DNA from: Octopus vulgaris | Taxonomy: Eukaryota | NCBI GenBank assembly: GCA_951406725.2 | Contig: OX597819.1 | Span: 13,020,001 to 13,084,000, forward strand | Direction: 5' to 3' | Length of the DNA: 64,000 nucleotides | Shown here: positions 24,310 through 37,500 of the stretch, piece by piece | How positions within the stretch are numbered: position 1 is the stretch's first letter | Layout: each line of letters begins with the position of its first letter | Program-made: the position numbers and the translations under genes | Notes under the pieces: generated by a model | Told to the model about the DNA's origin: nothing | Seen by the model: the letters and a program-made list of their open reading frames with translations, nothing else | Databases searched by the model: none

Positions 24310-24900
24310 GGGTCACAGGTTAGGCTGTGTCTCTGTTACTGACTGAATGTCAATTACCCAAGAAGCCCTTCTCAGGATGTCAATGTGTGTAAAAACAGTA
24401 GTAGCACCATCCAATGTGCGGAAGTAGCACTCCCTTGTGTGGACCTCATTTGGGCCTTGTAGAGAGTCAGCAGGCATCTGTGGGCTGAAATGTTTTCTGG
24501 ACATAAAAAGGTCTGGTCTTTGAGATGTAGTTTTAACTATGTTAAGGAATCTGCCAGGCCCAGTATTTTGAGTGATTGCAGGGACTCTAGCTGAGGGCCA
24601 CTCATGATTAGAAAAGGTTGTGGTGCAGTGGTGTCTTCTTGATGTAAGAAGCACTTGAGTGGGGTTTTTTTTTTTTTTGGTCTCTTTACTGTTAAAAGAG
24701 GCGAGGTGGAGGATTCTCTGAAGGTCCCTGTTGATGGAGTGAATGCAGGTTTGGCATGTGGTGTCTCGGTTGTGTGTAGATGATGTATGGTTAGAGAATG
24801 CAAGGGAGGAATGAATCTTACTGAAGATAGCTGATACTGCTGCTGTACAAGTACAGATGTAACTTTTTATTGCAGATAGTTTACCCTTGAATATTTCTGC
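24310..24900 (-). mobile_element. Decayed CR1-like LINE RT C-terminal region
   Basis: Mixed frames give FNSKETK...LKILGL...IVKTTSQR.DLFMSRKHFS...LLTLYKAQMRS...DGA...IDIL. These are typical post-RT motifs of CR1-group ORF2. Confidence 0.65.
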
Positions 24901-25791
24901 TGAGAGGCAAGTAAGTAGTAACACAACAAAACATAAACATGTAGCATTACAAAAGTTGTCACGATTAAAAAGCTGGAGGGTAGAACATCGACGAGTCTTA
25001 TGTGGAGAATAAGGCATTGGTCCATTGCCAGGGTATGATGTTAAGAAACAATAAAAGAAAAGAAAAGAAAATTTTGCTGATACCAAAAGTCTGATGGTTG
25101 TCAGAAACGGATCAATGTTAAATGGAAATGGGTGGAAAGTGTTTTATTTATTTATTGTAAATTTGTAGGAGTTTTGTTTACTGAAAGTTTCTTGTGGATT
25201 TACAGTTAATGTAAATAAACCATTGCTTTCTTTTACTTGTCTGTCATTAGACCGGGGCCATGCTGGGGCACCGCCTTGAAGAATTTTTAGCTGAATGAAT
25301 CGATCCTCTTGATTTGCTTTTTAAGTTTTGTTCTTATTCTATCGGTCTCTTTTGCTGAATCACTAGCTTACCGGGATGTAAACAAACCACCAACAGTTGT
25401 CAAGCAGGTATAAGGGACAAACACGGATGCATGCACGCACACACACACACACATGCATGTGTGTCATCATCATCACCATCATTTAACATCTGCTCTTCAT
25501 GCTGGCATAGGTGAAATGGTTTGACTGGAGCTGATGAGCTGGAGAGCTGCACCAGGCTCCAATCTGATCTGGCAATGTTTCTACAGTTGGATGCTCTTCC
25601 TAATGCCAACCACTCCAAGAGTGTAATGGGTGCTTTTTACATGCCACCGGCATGGATACCATTTACATGGTACAGGGAATGACCATGACTAAAATGTATG
25701 GGTGCTATTTTACATGGCACTGGCAGTGACCATGGCAACAATTCATGGGTGCTATTTGCATGGCACTACATACACACGCATATGCCACGCA

Positions 25792-25827
<36 letters not shown>

Positions 25828-26230
25828 GGTGCAGGAGTGGCTGTGTGGTAAGTAGCTTGCTTACCAACCACATGGTTCCAGGTTCAGTCCCACTGTGTGG
25901 CACCTTGGGCAAGTGTCTTCTACTATAGCCTCGGGCCGACCAAAGCCTTGTGAGTGGATTTGGTAGACGAAAACTGAAAGAAGCCCATCGTATATATGTA
26001 TATATATATATATGTTTGTGTGTCTGTGCTTGTTCCCCCAACATCACTAGACAACTGATGGTGGTGTGTTTATGTCCCTGTAACTTAGCAGTTTGGCAAA
26101 AGAGACCGATAGAATAAGTACTAAGCTTACAAAGAATAAGTTCTGGGTCGATTTGCTTGACTAAAGGCGGTGCTCCAGCATGGCCGCAGTCAAATGACTG
26201 AAACAAGTAAAAGAGTAAAAGAGAGTAAAG
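25828..26230 (+). mobile_element. SINE family A
   Basis: Full consensus match, followed by an inverted, older 5' half at 26250-26425. Confidence 0.9.
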
Positions 26231-27809
26231 AGTATATATATGCACACACACACAAACACACACAATGGGCTTCTTTCAGTTTCCATTTTTCAAATTCAAA
26301 GACTTTAGTTCGATCAAGGTTATAGTAGTTATAGTAGTACTTGCCCAAGATGCCATGCAGTGAGATTGAACCCAGAACCATGTAATTGAGAAGTAAGTTT
26401 CTTACCACACAGCCATGCCTGTGCCTGTTCCCAATTTTGATATAATCTTTTATAAATTTTTCTTTGATTTTTTTTTTTCAACTTATCTACTTATTTTCGT
26501 GTCCACGGAACACAATACTAAACCTTTGTGTCCACACTAAACTCTTTGTAACAAAGGAGCCAAGTCAGCCTGAGCTAGGTGTTAGAAGTTATATTAGTAT
26601 TAATAAGACAATACAATAGATGCAAGCTTCGCTGCTTCACAAAAATTTGCTCTTCATGAACTTGACTGGTCCTGAACTTGTCAGCTTAGTAAGGTTCAAC
26701 CTGTATTTCTGATGATATAATTTTAAAATAAACACACACAAACACGCAGGTATATATAAAAGGTATATGTGCTAAACATACCCTGTTATGAATTCCTAAA
26801 TTCTGAGTCATCAGTCAGTACTCGCTGCAAATATTTTGTTATCTTTAACCTTGACAATTGATCGAAACTGTATATCTTCACTGCACGTTTAAAATTTAAA
26901 TCTTGGCTTGAAAGATCATTATTACATGGAGAATGGCGATGTACAGTAAAAGAGGGAATACAAAAGAGTGACAGAGAGAGAGAGAGGAGAAATGGAAAGA
27001 AAGGAAGAGACGTAAACAAGAGACTATGGCACTACAACCAGCCAGGAACAGTCTTCGCTACATTTGTGGTACCTGCCAGAGGGAGTGTTTGTCCAGAATA
27101 GGACTACACAGCCACAGCAGGAAATGTATCAGGACATGAAATATAAAAGCCAGACTAGACTACAAAAAAAAACAAAAAAAAACATGCGCAACTCCATTGT
27201 CTCCCGAGACAGAAAGGATGCCAATACAATACAATACAATACATGAAAGATTACATTATTTACATTATTTACATTTGATAGATATTTGTCCTAAAAAGCA
27301 CCATGCAAGTGTGACCAATGCCAGTGCCGCCTGATTGGCACCCATGCCGGTGGTATGTAAAAAGCAATATTCAAGTGTGATGGTATGTAAAAAGCAATAT
27401 TCGATTGTGACTGATGTCAGTGCCACCTGACTGGTACACATGCTGTTGGCACATAAAAAGCATCATTTGAGCATGGTTGACACTAGTGCCGCCTGACTGG
27501 CTCCCATGCTGGTGGCATGTAAAAAGCACCCACTACACTCTTGAAGTGGTTGGCATTAGGAAGGGCATCCAGCTGTAGAAACCTAGCCAAATTGGGCTGG
27601 AGCCTGATGCAGCCTCCCGACTTGCCAGTCCTCAGTCAAACTGTCCAACCCATGCCAGCATGGAAAGCAGACATTAAATGATGATGATGATGATGTATGT
27701 ATGAATTAAACAAATGTCTTTGAATGAACCATTTTCCCACCCCATCATGTGGGGGTGGAGGAATGCTTAAATATTCCAGAAGTGGCAGTCCATTGGTCAC
27801 AGTGACAAG

Positions 27810-28085
27810 TGTTCCAGTTGATCCAATCAACGGAATAGCCTGCTCGTGAAATTAATGTACAAGTGGCTGAGCACTCCACAGATACATGTGCCCTTAACAT
27901 AGTCCTCAGGGATATTCAGCATGATGCAGACTCTGACAAGGTTGGCCCTTTGACATACAGGTACAACTCATTTTTGCCAGATGAGTGTAGTGGAGCAACG
28001 TGAAATGAAGTGTCATGTTCAAGGACACAGTGCACCACTGGGAATTGAACTTATGACCTTACATTTGTGAGCCAATGCACCTTCA
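27810..28085 (-). mobile_element. SINE with family C 3' half and a different head
   Basis: 27810-27965 matches the family C tail; 27965-28085 matches the 3735-3935 type head. Confidence 0.7.
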
Positions 28086-28349
28086 CTTAATATTCAGAAA
28101 ACTTTTAATAAAATAAACTAAAAAGCTAAATGTGTTTTTAAAGTAATCCTTGAAGAAATACCTCCAAAGTGAGAGTTTTGTAATTGCTATTTAGTTTTTG
28201 GTTCTTTTTCATTCTCACTTCAAATTCCACTGTTTCCTCCATCCTGGGTTTGATAAAATAATGTACCACTCATCTACTGGGGTCAATACAATCAACTATA
28301 TTCTTCACCTTTTGAGCTCAATAAAATGAATACCAGTTGGACACTGGGG

Positions 28350-28856
28350 TTGCATGGGATTTCCAGTTGCCTTAAGAAGTCTTGAAGTTTCAATGGGATT
28401 GAGCCCAATGCTCCGATCACCACTGGTATCACTTTTACATTACCCTCTCACATTCTGTGCAGTCTTGCCATTTCCACTTTCAATTTGGAGTACTTGGTGA
28501 TTTTTCAACCTCTTTACTCACAACGTTCATGTCATTTGGTATGGCTACATCAATGATCTGACGGTATTTGTCTCTCTTATTCAATATGACAATATCCAGC
28601 CAACAGTGTTCGATCACATAATCCGTCTGAAAACCATAGTCCCAGAGTATCATTACTTTTCCATCCTCCGGCATAACTTTACTTGGTACATGCTCATACC
28701 AGTTCTCTGTTACTTCATATTGGTATTTACGGCATAAGAGTCAATGAAGATACACAAACATTTTTATTGTGGCGGCGTTTGTATTCTTTTTGTGCAAGGC
28801 TCTCACATCCACTTACCAAGAGGATCACATTTTCCACACTCTTTCCACAGAGTCTA
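28350..28856 (-). mobile_element. R4/Dong-clade non-LTR retrotransposon fragment (CCHC region and restriction-like endonuclease)
   Basis: Translates RLCGKSVENVILLVSGCESLAQKEYKRRHNK...WYEHVPSKV...ILWDYGFQTD...LDIVILNK...IIDVAIPND...KEVEK..KY...VIPVVIGALG. Abuts (TAT)n at 28857-28878. Confidence 0.85.
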
Positions 28857-30014
28857 TTTATTATTATTATTATTATTTAGGCTGGCAGAATGGTTACCAG
28901 GACAGAAAAAATGCTTAGCAGCATTTGTTCTGACTTTGAGGTCAACTTACTTTTATCTTTTAAGCTCAATAAAATGAATACCAGTTGGACACTGGAGTTG
29001 ATGTAATTTACTTAACCCCTCAACTCTGAAATTGCTGGCCTTGTGCCAAAATTTGAAATTGTTATTATTGTTATCATCATCATCATCATCATTATTATTT
29101 GTTCATGCGATCACAAGTGTTTACGTTCTTCCTGCTTAAAAGTTCTTTTCCAGGATTATTTGATAGCAAAAAAATTCTTTTAATCAACAAAAGGCTTTGG
29201 AATCAACCATCTTCCCTATTTTTTGCAGTGGAAAAAAAAAAAGACCTCACTTTATATTTGCCAACCTTTGCCTTGATAAATGCATTTGAAAATGGTAATC
29301 TTGGTGGTAGTTAGAATAAATAATTTGAAGAGCACAGAACGAAAACAATTGCTTGAGCCAATCAAGTTTTATGCTGTGATAGAAAGGGGACAGTGGACAG
29401 CTTCAAATAGGTGTCAAAAAGAAGGCTTACTATTGAATTATATTAAGTGAAACTTATCTCTATTTACATTAGCCTAAGACAAGGTTTGCTTCAACATCGT
29501 AAATCCCATAAAATAACACTGCTCATAATTCCCTAATCTTAAAACCTTTAAATGTAAGAAAGATTAACTAAACTAAAATCCTTCACATTAAAAGATTAAC
29601 TTCAGTGAACAGCTTTCCATTTCTCTTTTAGCGGAAGAGGAGGAGGGGTTTGTGTCCCATGCTTTTTACAAGGTCTCTCACACCAGTGAAATTAATGTAG
29701 TTGATGGTCAAAATAGGGAAAGTAGGGGCAGGGAAGGAATTTAAGATGATTTCAGTTCTGGCGATAAATACTTGGTTTCATATTTAGGTTTTTAAGAGTG
29801 TGATGTTGTAGGGATAACAAGGGGAAGGGAGCCACGGAAATCAGGTGATTCAAAACCCCTTTTATGACCTTATTTCTAATGAAATACATTATGTGGTTCA
29901 ATTTATTTTAGATGTAACTGTAAAATCGGATGGATTTTCTATAATAACTGACCTTTATCTCTCTGGCTAGATCCTGGTATTTCTCATTTTTTTTCAATTT
30001 CTTTCAATCTTTTA

Positions 30015-30424
30015 TCTTTTATCTTTTACTTGTTTCAGTCATTTGACTGCGGCCATGCTGGAGCACCGCCTTTAGTCGAGCAAATCGACCCCGGGACTTA
30101 TTCTTTGTAAGCCCAGTACTTATTCTATCGGTTTCTTTTGCCGAACCGCTAAGTGACGGGGTCGTAAACACACCAGCATCGGTTGTCAAGCAATGCTAGG
30201 GGTCAAACACAGACACACAAACACACACACAAACACATATATATATATATACATATATACGATGGGCTTCTTTCAGTTTCCATCTACCAAATCCACTCAC
30301 AAGGCATTGGTCGGCCCGGGGCTATAGCAGAAGACACTTGCCCAAGATGCCACGCAGTGGGACTGAACCCGCAACCATGTGGTTGGTTAGCAAGCTACTT
30401 ACCACACAGTCACTCCTGCGCCTA
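30015..30424 (-). mobile_element. SINE family A
   Basis: Full consensus match; (TAT)n tract at 30432-30498 adjacent. Confidence 0.9.
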
Positions 30425-30449
30425 TTCACTATATTATTATTATTATTAA

Positions 30450-30498
<49 letters not shown>

Positions 30499-32667
30499 GT
30501 TGTAGTTGTTGAGTGAGAGAGCAGTGCATGGTGGTGTTTGGATCATAACTTAGCAGCAAAAAGTTCTTAAAATCCTGAGGGGTGATCTGGATTATAATAT
30601 GAACACTGTAAAATTAAAGGTTTTGTGTTGTAAAAGTAGAGATGGTCCGAGGTGGATTGGTATCAAGAGGGTTAGAGAAGCAGGAACCCTAGTAGAGCCA
30701 GAAGGAGGGTACAATACCTTATTGTTATTTATCTTCAGTTCATCCCTAACTGAGCTGACCAATGGCCAAAGCCATTCAAGCGATTATCTTCTCTTTCTTC
30801 AGACACTAAACATCCAAGACCATAATCTTTTATGTCTTTCTCCTTTTTTAATATAATAGGGTGTGATAAGGTGGTGAGCTGGCAGAATCATTAGCATACT
30901 GGACAAAATGCTTAGCGGTATTTCGCCCGCCGCTATGTTCTGAGTTCAAATTCTGCTGAGGTAGACTTTGCCTTCCATCATTTTGGGGTCAATAAATTAA
31001 GTACCAGCCGAGTACTGGGGGTTGATGTAATTGACTATTACCCTGCCCCAAATTTCAGGCTTTGTACCTATAGTAGAAAGGATTATTTCCTACAACCTTC
31101 CTTTTCAGGAAGATTATACTGTTATTTCTAGTTTATTGTTCAAACTCTGTAGACAGAGATTGGATCAGTGCATCATTGGATGGACCATGCTTCTTATTCA
31201 GACCCCATTGACTGGACTGTGCCGTTTTTGTGACATTCCTTTAGATTTGCTCCTGGGACATTCTAATGCATCACTGTACACAACTTTGAATTGGTTTGTG
31301 AAGAAAATGATCAGACATGTTGTCCATGGGTTTATAAGAAAGACAACAATTTATAAATACAAATTTTCTTTTTCACAAACTTTCTTTTTATAAAAGTCAT
31401 GGTTTTACAATTTTGTGATGCCAGGATGGCACCGTGGGTGTGTGGCTTCTACTATAGCCCTAGGCTAACCAAGGCCTTATGGGTGGATTTGGTTGATGGA
31501 AACTGCAAGAAGCACAGTGTGTATGTATGTGTGTGTGTGTGTATCATCATCGTTTAGCATCCGTTTTTCATGCTGGCATGAGCTAAATGGTTTAACAGGA
31601 TCTGGCAAGCAGCAGGGCTGCGCTGAGGTCCAGAATCAGTTTTGGCATGTTTCCTGCAGCTAGATGCCCTTTCCTAATGCCCACCACTTTTATTCCTGCC
31701 ACCAGCACTGGTGAGGTTGCCAAGTTGAAAGACAGAAAAGAAGAGGAAATGATCCAAGTGCAAGGAGGAGGGGTATGAGGGGGTGGAGAGAGGTAGCTTT
31801 ATGCCAAGTACTGAGAGACTGAAGTATGAGGGAAGGGCAAGCACAGATGCCTTGCTATAGAAGAGATACATGGCAACCTCACATTACATAAGGATGAGGA
31901 AGAGGAGTAGCTGGGGAGGAGATAAAGATGGAAGCGATGTGTTGCTGGGGAAAACACTCAGGGTAGGGGAGAAGGTTAGTAAAAGAGAGGATATGGACAG
32001 GGAATCAGAGGGGAGAAATGGGGAGGGTGGGTAGATTCATAAGAATCAGAAGAGACAGTAAGAGATAGTTAAGGATGGGAGGAGAAGAGAATGTAGTGAT
32101 GTGGAGGTGGAGCTGGTAGGGATATCAATATGGAGAGGGGGTAAGGTGAGAGGGATTCTTGTGATTCAAGAAGGAGGATAGATCAGAAGGTGGTGGGGAA
32201 GGATCATGTGCAAAGAGTAGGAGTGGTGGAGGAGGAGGAGATGTAGAGGTAATGGTTGGGTGTGCGAAGATGGATATAAAAGGGTGTTGAGAACCATAGC
32301 AAACATGTGAGGTGTTAAGATGGAATTTGGTAGAGGAGGGAGTTTACCTGAAGGTACAGAAAGACAGAAAAGCGGTGTTTGGTGAGAATAGTGCAAAAAT
32401 AAGGGATGGACAGTTCTAGGGTCAGAGTGGAGGTAACTGGGTGTACCCTTATTAAGACTTTTTAAAATGAATATCATCTTATAAGTGTGGTTGTTTATTT
32501 TCAGTCTTCCATGAAAAGACATGTCTGGTCATGGGGAGGGTTGGCAACAGGAAAGGCACCTGACCAGAGCAAATCTGCTTCAACAAATTCTGTCTGACCG
32601 ATGAACTGTGGAAAAGGAATGTTAAATGATGATGATGATGATGATGATGGTGGTGACAAGAGGGTGG

Positions 32668-32698
<31 letters not shown>

Positions 32699-34997
32699 GT
32701 GTGTATATATCACTTTGTGAATGTTTGTGTTTAGAAGAGAGAGAGAGAAAAAATAGCTACTCTGTGTAGTAAATTAAATTGTGTGAATTTTAGACGCTGA
32801 AATTTTCGTGAATTGTATTTTTAATTCTAACATTATCGAATAGACAAATGATTAAAGTAAAAAAAAATCAATGAAACATAAGAATACACAAGCTATAATA
32901 ATAGTAAATACAGCAATTATTTGTCAATAGACACATTGAAAATTGATTGCATAAAAGTGTTTGGCAATACATTACATGTTCTTACTCTGTGTGTGTTACA
33001 ATGTGTATTTGTGCCCAAATAATGATCCATACAATTTAAACAATTTTATCAACAGATCAGCTCAAAGTGTAGAGCACTGAACTGTGTAATTGACAGTGTG
33101 TCCTCTTGTTATTTTTTTTGTATTCTCAGTTCAAATCCTCCTGAGATTGATCTATATTTTTCTTCATCTCTAATTTGTTCTGGGAATATTCAGGGGTTAA
33201 TTCAATGAACTCTAAATCCTTCCCTGCAAGCATTGTCCACTTATTTTACCCAGAGGGATTCTTGTCATGTTCCTTCATCTCAGTTCATCCTTGTTCTAAC
33301 AGACCTGCCTCCAAAAGCATTCCATCCATGGCTGTTTCATCTTCTTTAGACACGGTATATCAAGGACAACATTATCCAAAGTGTCCCTTGTTATTAGAGA
33401 ATAGGGTGAGATTGTATATATTTCTTTACTACCCACAAGGGGCTACACACAGAAGGAACAAGCAAGGACAGACAAACGGAGTAAGTCGATTACATTGACC
33501 CCAGTGTGTAACTGGTACTTATTTAATCGACCTCGGCAGAATTTGAACCCAGAACGTAGCAGCAGACGAAATACTGCAAAGCATTTCGCCCAGCATGCTA
33601 ACGTTTCTGCCAGCTCTGAGATTGTATATACGAGGGTCATTTGGGTCCAGTGTCTGCAGAGTTCTCTCTGTTGTTTATGATATCCTCCTCATCATCATCT
33701 TCATTTAACATCCATCGTCCATCCTGGCACAGGTTGTATGGCTTGACAAGAGCGGACAAGGCCAAGGGCTACACCAAGTTCCATAGCCTGTTTTGCTTTG
33801 GTTTCTACAGCTAGATGCCCTTCCTAATGCCAACAACCACTTTACAGAGAGAACTGATTGCTTCTTCTGTGCCACCAGCACCAGTGTTTTTTCCATGGCA
33901 CCAGCTGTTAGCATGGTACTACCTTGGTTATTAGGATATCAGTTCTGTTGTGGTGAGTGGGCTGATGTGGCAGAATATCTTTAATGTAAACTGACATGAT
34001 ATTCAGAGATTCCAAGAACTTATTCACAAAGACTGTATCTTGGGCAATTTTGGTAATCTGAATTCTATTTGGAATATGGTTCCACTGTATTACTGGATGC
34101 TCTTCATAACATTGTGGAACCTACATCTATATATTTTTTCTTTTGGTAAAATATATTCTTGAGCATCTAAGAAAGTCTCTTATAACCTCCCCTTCTTCTC
34201 CAGAGAATGATTCCATATTCACTTTAGGTACTGAAACCTATTTTAAAAATACTGTAACTTTTGACACAAGAAGAACCTCTATGTGGTCCATCGACCTGCT
34301 GGAAATTACAGCCATATTTCCTTCATATCACACTGTCTTGAAAATTGAAGAACACATTGGCTGATGTAGTCTAGGCTTACACTATTCCCCACTTTCAAAA
34401 AGGTAAGATTGCCATGGCTGGAATGCTTTTGATCCTAAGCTGGCTTCAACAGGTATAGCCTAGGGTTAAACAACAGCAACACAAACACCTGAAATCAAAA
34501 GAAAACTTTCAGAGACTATACATGCATAGATGGTTCTACACATACATTCACACACACACACACACACTGCTACATCTGTTTTGACTTGGATAAGCTAACA
34601 GTGATACCAGACCAGGCAACCATTCAAAGATACACCCAGGGAAGATCAGCGGCTTCAAAATCAACCATTGACCGACTTCCACCCAAAAAGCGACAACGAA
34701 ACTGCTAGAAATTAAAGGCAGTGCTCCAGCATGACTGTTACCATTAAAACAATAAAAGAATGTGTGTGTGTGTGTATGTGTGTGTGTGTATGTGCTTGCA
34801 TGCATGTGTATATTGTGTAGTGTCAGCTTTCTCATATTAAGCAGGAAGTCAGGCAACCAAATAGGTGTGACCCACAGATCTGTTACTTGTAATTTGCTGA
34901 ACCTCAGCCTTGCTAAGCAACATACTGCATACTCCAATGTATATATACATATATATAAATAAATGAAAAGAATGGAGTCGAACGAAGATTTTAACAA

Positions 34998-35100
34998 AAT
35001 TCCTTTACTTTCGACATATGTTTCGAAGACTGCATACTCTTAATTCCGAAGGAATGAAGGTTGCATTATGCCGTCTTCTCATCAGGAAATACAAGGAACC
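34998..35100 (-). ncRNA. Minimal type I hammerhead ribozyme
   Basis: Minus strand reads GGUUCCUU-GUA-UUUC CUGAUGA GAAGACGGCAUA...UAUGCAGUCUUC GAAAC AUAU GUC GAAA-GUA-AAGGAAUU. All core nucleotides are present, stems I and II pair, and stem III is 2 bp with palindromic CAUAUG. Activity is untested. Confidence 0.85.
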
Positions 35101-35488
35101 TCTATCAGCCTCAAGACGAACTTTGCTACCCAGGTATCGATTAACCGAATTATCCATACTAGGATAATTCATTCATCTACTTATATATATATATATATAT
35201 ATCATCATCATCATCATCACCATCATTTAATGCCTATTTTCATAGTGGCATTGGTTGGATGGTGTAACCAGAGCTGGCAAGCCAGAGAGCTGCAGCAAGT
35301 TCTTGTCTGATTTAGCATGGTTTCTATGGCTGGATGCCCTTCCTAATGCCAACCCCTTTATAGAGTGTGCTGGGTACTTTTACGATGCACCACATGGGTG
35401 CTTTTATGTGGTGCCTCATGGGCACTGTCACATAATACTGCCTGGACACTTTCACATGATGCCACACAGCATCACGTAAATTTATATA

Positions 35489-35723
35489 CAAGGTGTCCCA
35501 AAAGTAGGTTTACAGTTATTCAACTATCTCTTTTGCATTCATATGTTAACAGTTTAGGTCTTAATTATAAAAAAATATGAAACCATTGTTCTCTGCTAAT
35601 TTAGTTAATTTTGTGAAGCTCCCTTTTCAGTTTGTAAGATAGAAATTTAAATGTAATAAAATGTTTTAAAAGAAATTTAAAGGGCTTATGTGATAACTGT
35701 AAACCTACTTTTGGACTACCCTG
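35489..35723. mobile_element. Tc1/mariner-type MITE
   Basis: TIRs CAAGGTGTCCCAAAAGTAGGTTTACAGTTAT / ATAACTGTAAACCTACTTTTGGACTACCCTG with TA on both flanks. Confidence 0.85.
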
Positions 35724-35738
35724 TATATATGTGTGTGT

Positions 35739-36040
35739 GTGGAGGCACATGGCCTAGAGGTTAGCGCAGCAGACTTGAGGTTGAGGGATTGCGGGTTTGA
35801 ATCTCAGACTGGGTGATGTGTGTGTTTATGAGCAAAAACACCTAAGCTCCACGCGGCTCCGGCAGAAGGTAATGGCGAACTTGTGCTGACCCTTTTGCCA
35901 CAACTCTCTCTCCCTCTTTCCTCCTGCATCTTGCAGCTCACCTGCGACGGACCGGCGTCCCGTCCAGGTGGGGAACCTATACGCCAAGGAAACTGGGAAA
36001 TCAGCCCTTATGAGCCGGGCATGGTTTGAGAAGGAACAAC
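35739..36040 (+). mobile_element. SINE with family C head and alternative body
   Basis: Same head as family C through AACACCTAAGCTCCAC, then CACCTGCGACGGACCGGCGTCCCGTCCAGG...GAAACTGGG body. Confidence 0.75.
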
Positions 36041-36057
36041 CATATATATATATATGT

Positions 36058-36420
36058 ACTCTTTTACTCTTTTACTTGTTCCAGTCATCTGACTGCGGCC
36101 ATGCTGGAGCACCGCCTTGAAGGTTTTTAGTCAAACAGATTAACTCCAGGACTTATTTTTCAAGCTGAGTACTTATTCTATCAGTCCTTTTGTTGAGCCG
36201 CTAGGTTATGGGGATTTAAACACAGCAACACCGGTTATCAAGCAGTGACGGGAGGACAAAAAGACATGAAGGTACACACACACATGATGGGATTCTTTCA
36301 GTTTCCATCTACCAAATCCACTAACAAGGCTTTGGACGGCCCAATGCTATAGTAGAAGACTCTTGCCTAAGGTGCCACGCAGTGGGACTGAACCAGGAAC
36401 CATGTGATTGGGAAGCAAGC
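36058..36420 (-). mobile_element. SINE family A, diverged
   Basis: Reverse consensus match. Confidence 0.85.
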
Positions 36421-36859
36421 TTAAAAAAATAAGAACTAAAAAGTAGCCAGTGCACTGTGAAATGGTTGGCATTAGGAAGGGCAACCAGCCATAGAAACCT
36501 TTCCAAAGCAGACATTGGAGACCAATGTAGCCCTCAGGTTGGTTGGATCACATCATACCATTTAACCCAGGTCAACATTGAACACATATATTAAATGATA
36601 CAATGTGTGTGTATGTGTGTGCATGAAAGTTATTATGACCCAATAAGAAACTTATATAAGGGAAGGCAAAAAAACCATCTTTCCTTACAGAAGCTATAAA
36701 TTATGTAATTTTAAATAATTGTGAAAACACTTAGTGTTGCCTTGGAAACTGTTCCAAAAGAAAAGATCTCATTGTTCCAAGTTTATTTTTAAAAGTAAAC
36801 TACAATCCAGAGTCAACAGTGTAAAAGATTGTATTGTTAGTTTGTGTTTATGTGTGTTG

Positions 36860-36899
36860 AGGTGTTATATATATATACATGCATACATATGTGTGTATG

Positions 36900-36951
<52 letters not shown>

Positions 36952-37049
36952 GCACAGTACCTACATTGGTTGTTGTATATCTATCTACATGTGTATTTGT
37001 TTTCCTGAAAATAAATATGCTCATATGTGTTTGATACACACACACACAT

Positions 37050-37124
<75 letters not shown>

Positions 37125-37300
37125 GTACAAACACTTGACACTTGTATTTACATATGTAGATGTGTGTGTGTTATATACATATGCATGTGTTTGTGTGTAT
37201 TTATATATATATATATATGAATATTCACACAAGAACCTCATTAGGCACTTCTTAATTCATCTAATCAAGGCATTTATTCACTATACATAAATGTTTATAT

Positions 37301-37381
<81 letters not shown>

Positions 37382-37404
37382 AATTCACACAAGAACCTCA
37401 TTAC

Positions 37405-37436
<32 letters not shown>

Positions 37437-37500
37437 ATGTATATATATATGAATGGATGTAGATATAGTGTGTGTGTGTGCATTCACACACTTATACACA
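36860..37500. repeat. (AT)n/(CA)n microsatellite block
   Basis: Direct reading. Includes a duplicated AATTCACACAAGAACCTCATTA-like motif at about 37220 and 37382. Confidence 0.9.

Noticed and set aside
24313-25086. 257-aa minus ORF as a cellular gene
   Set aside because: LINE ORF2 motifs are distributed over several frames; this is a chance open frame across a decayed CR1-like fragment.
26786-27019. Minus-strand exon or ORF
   Set aside because: Stops precede the candidate donor in all frames; no homology recognised.
31880-32450. GA-rich tracts (also 23600-23900, 49870-50220) as G-quadruplex or regulatory arrays
   Set aside because: Low-complexity decayed repeat sequence without regular G-run spacing.
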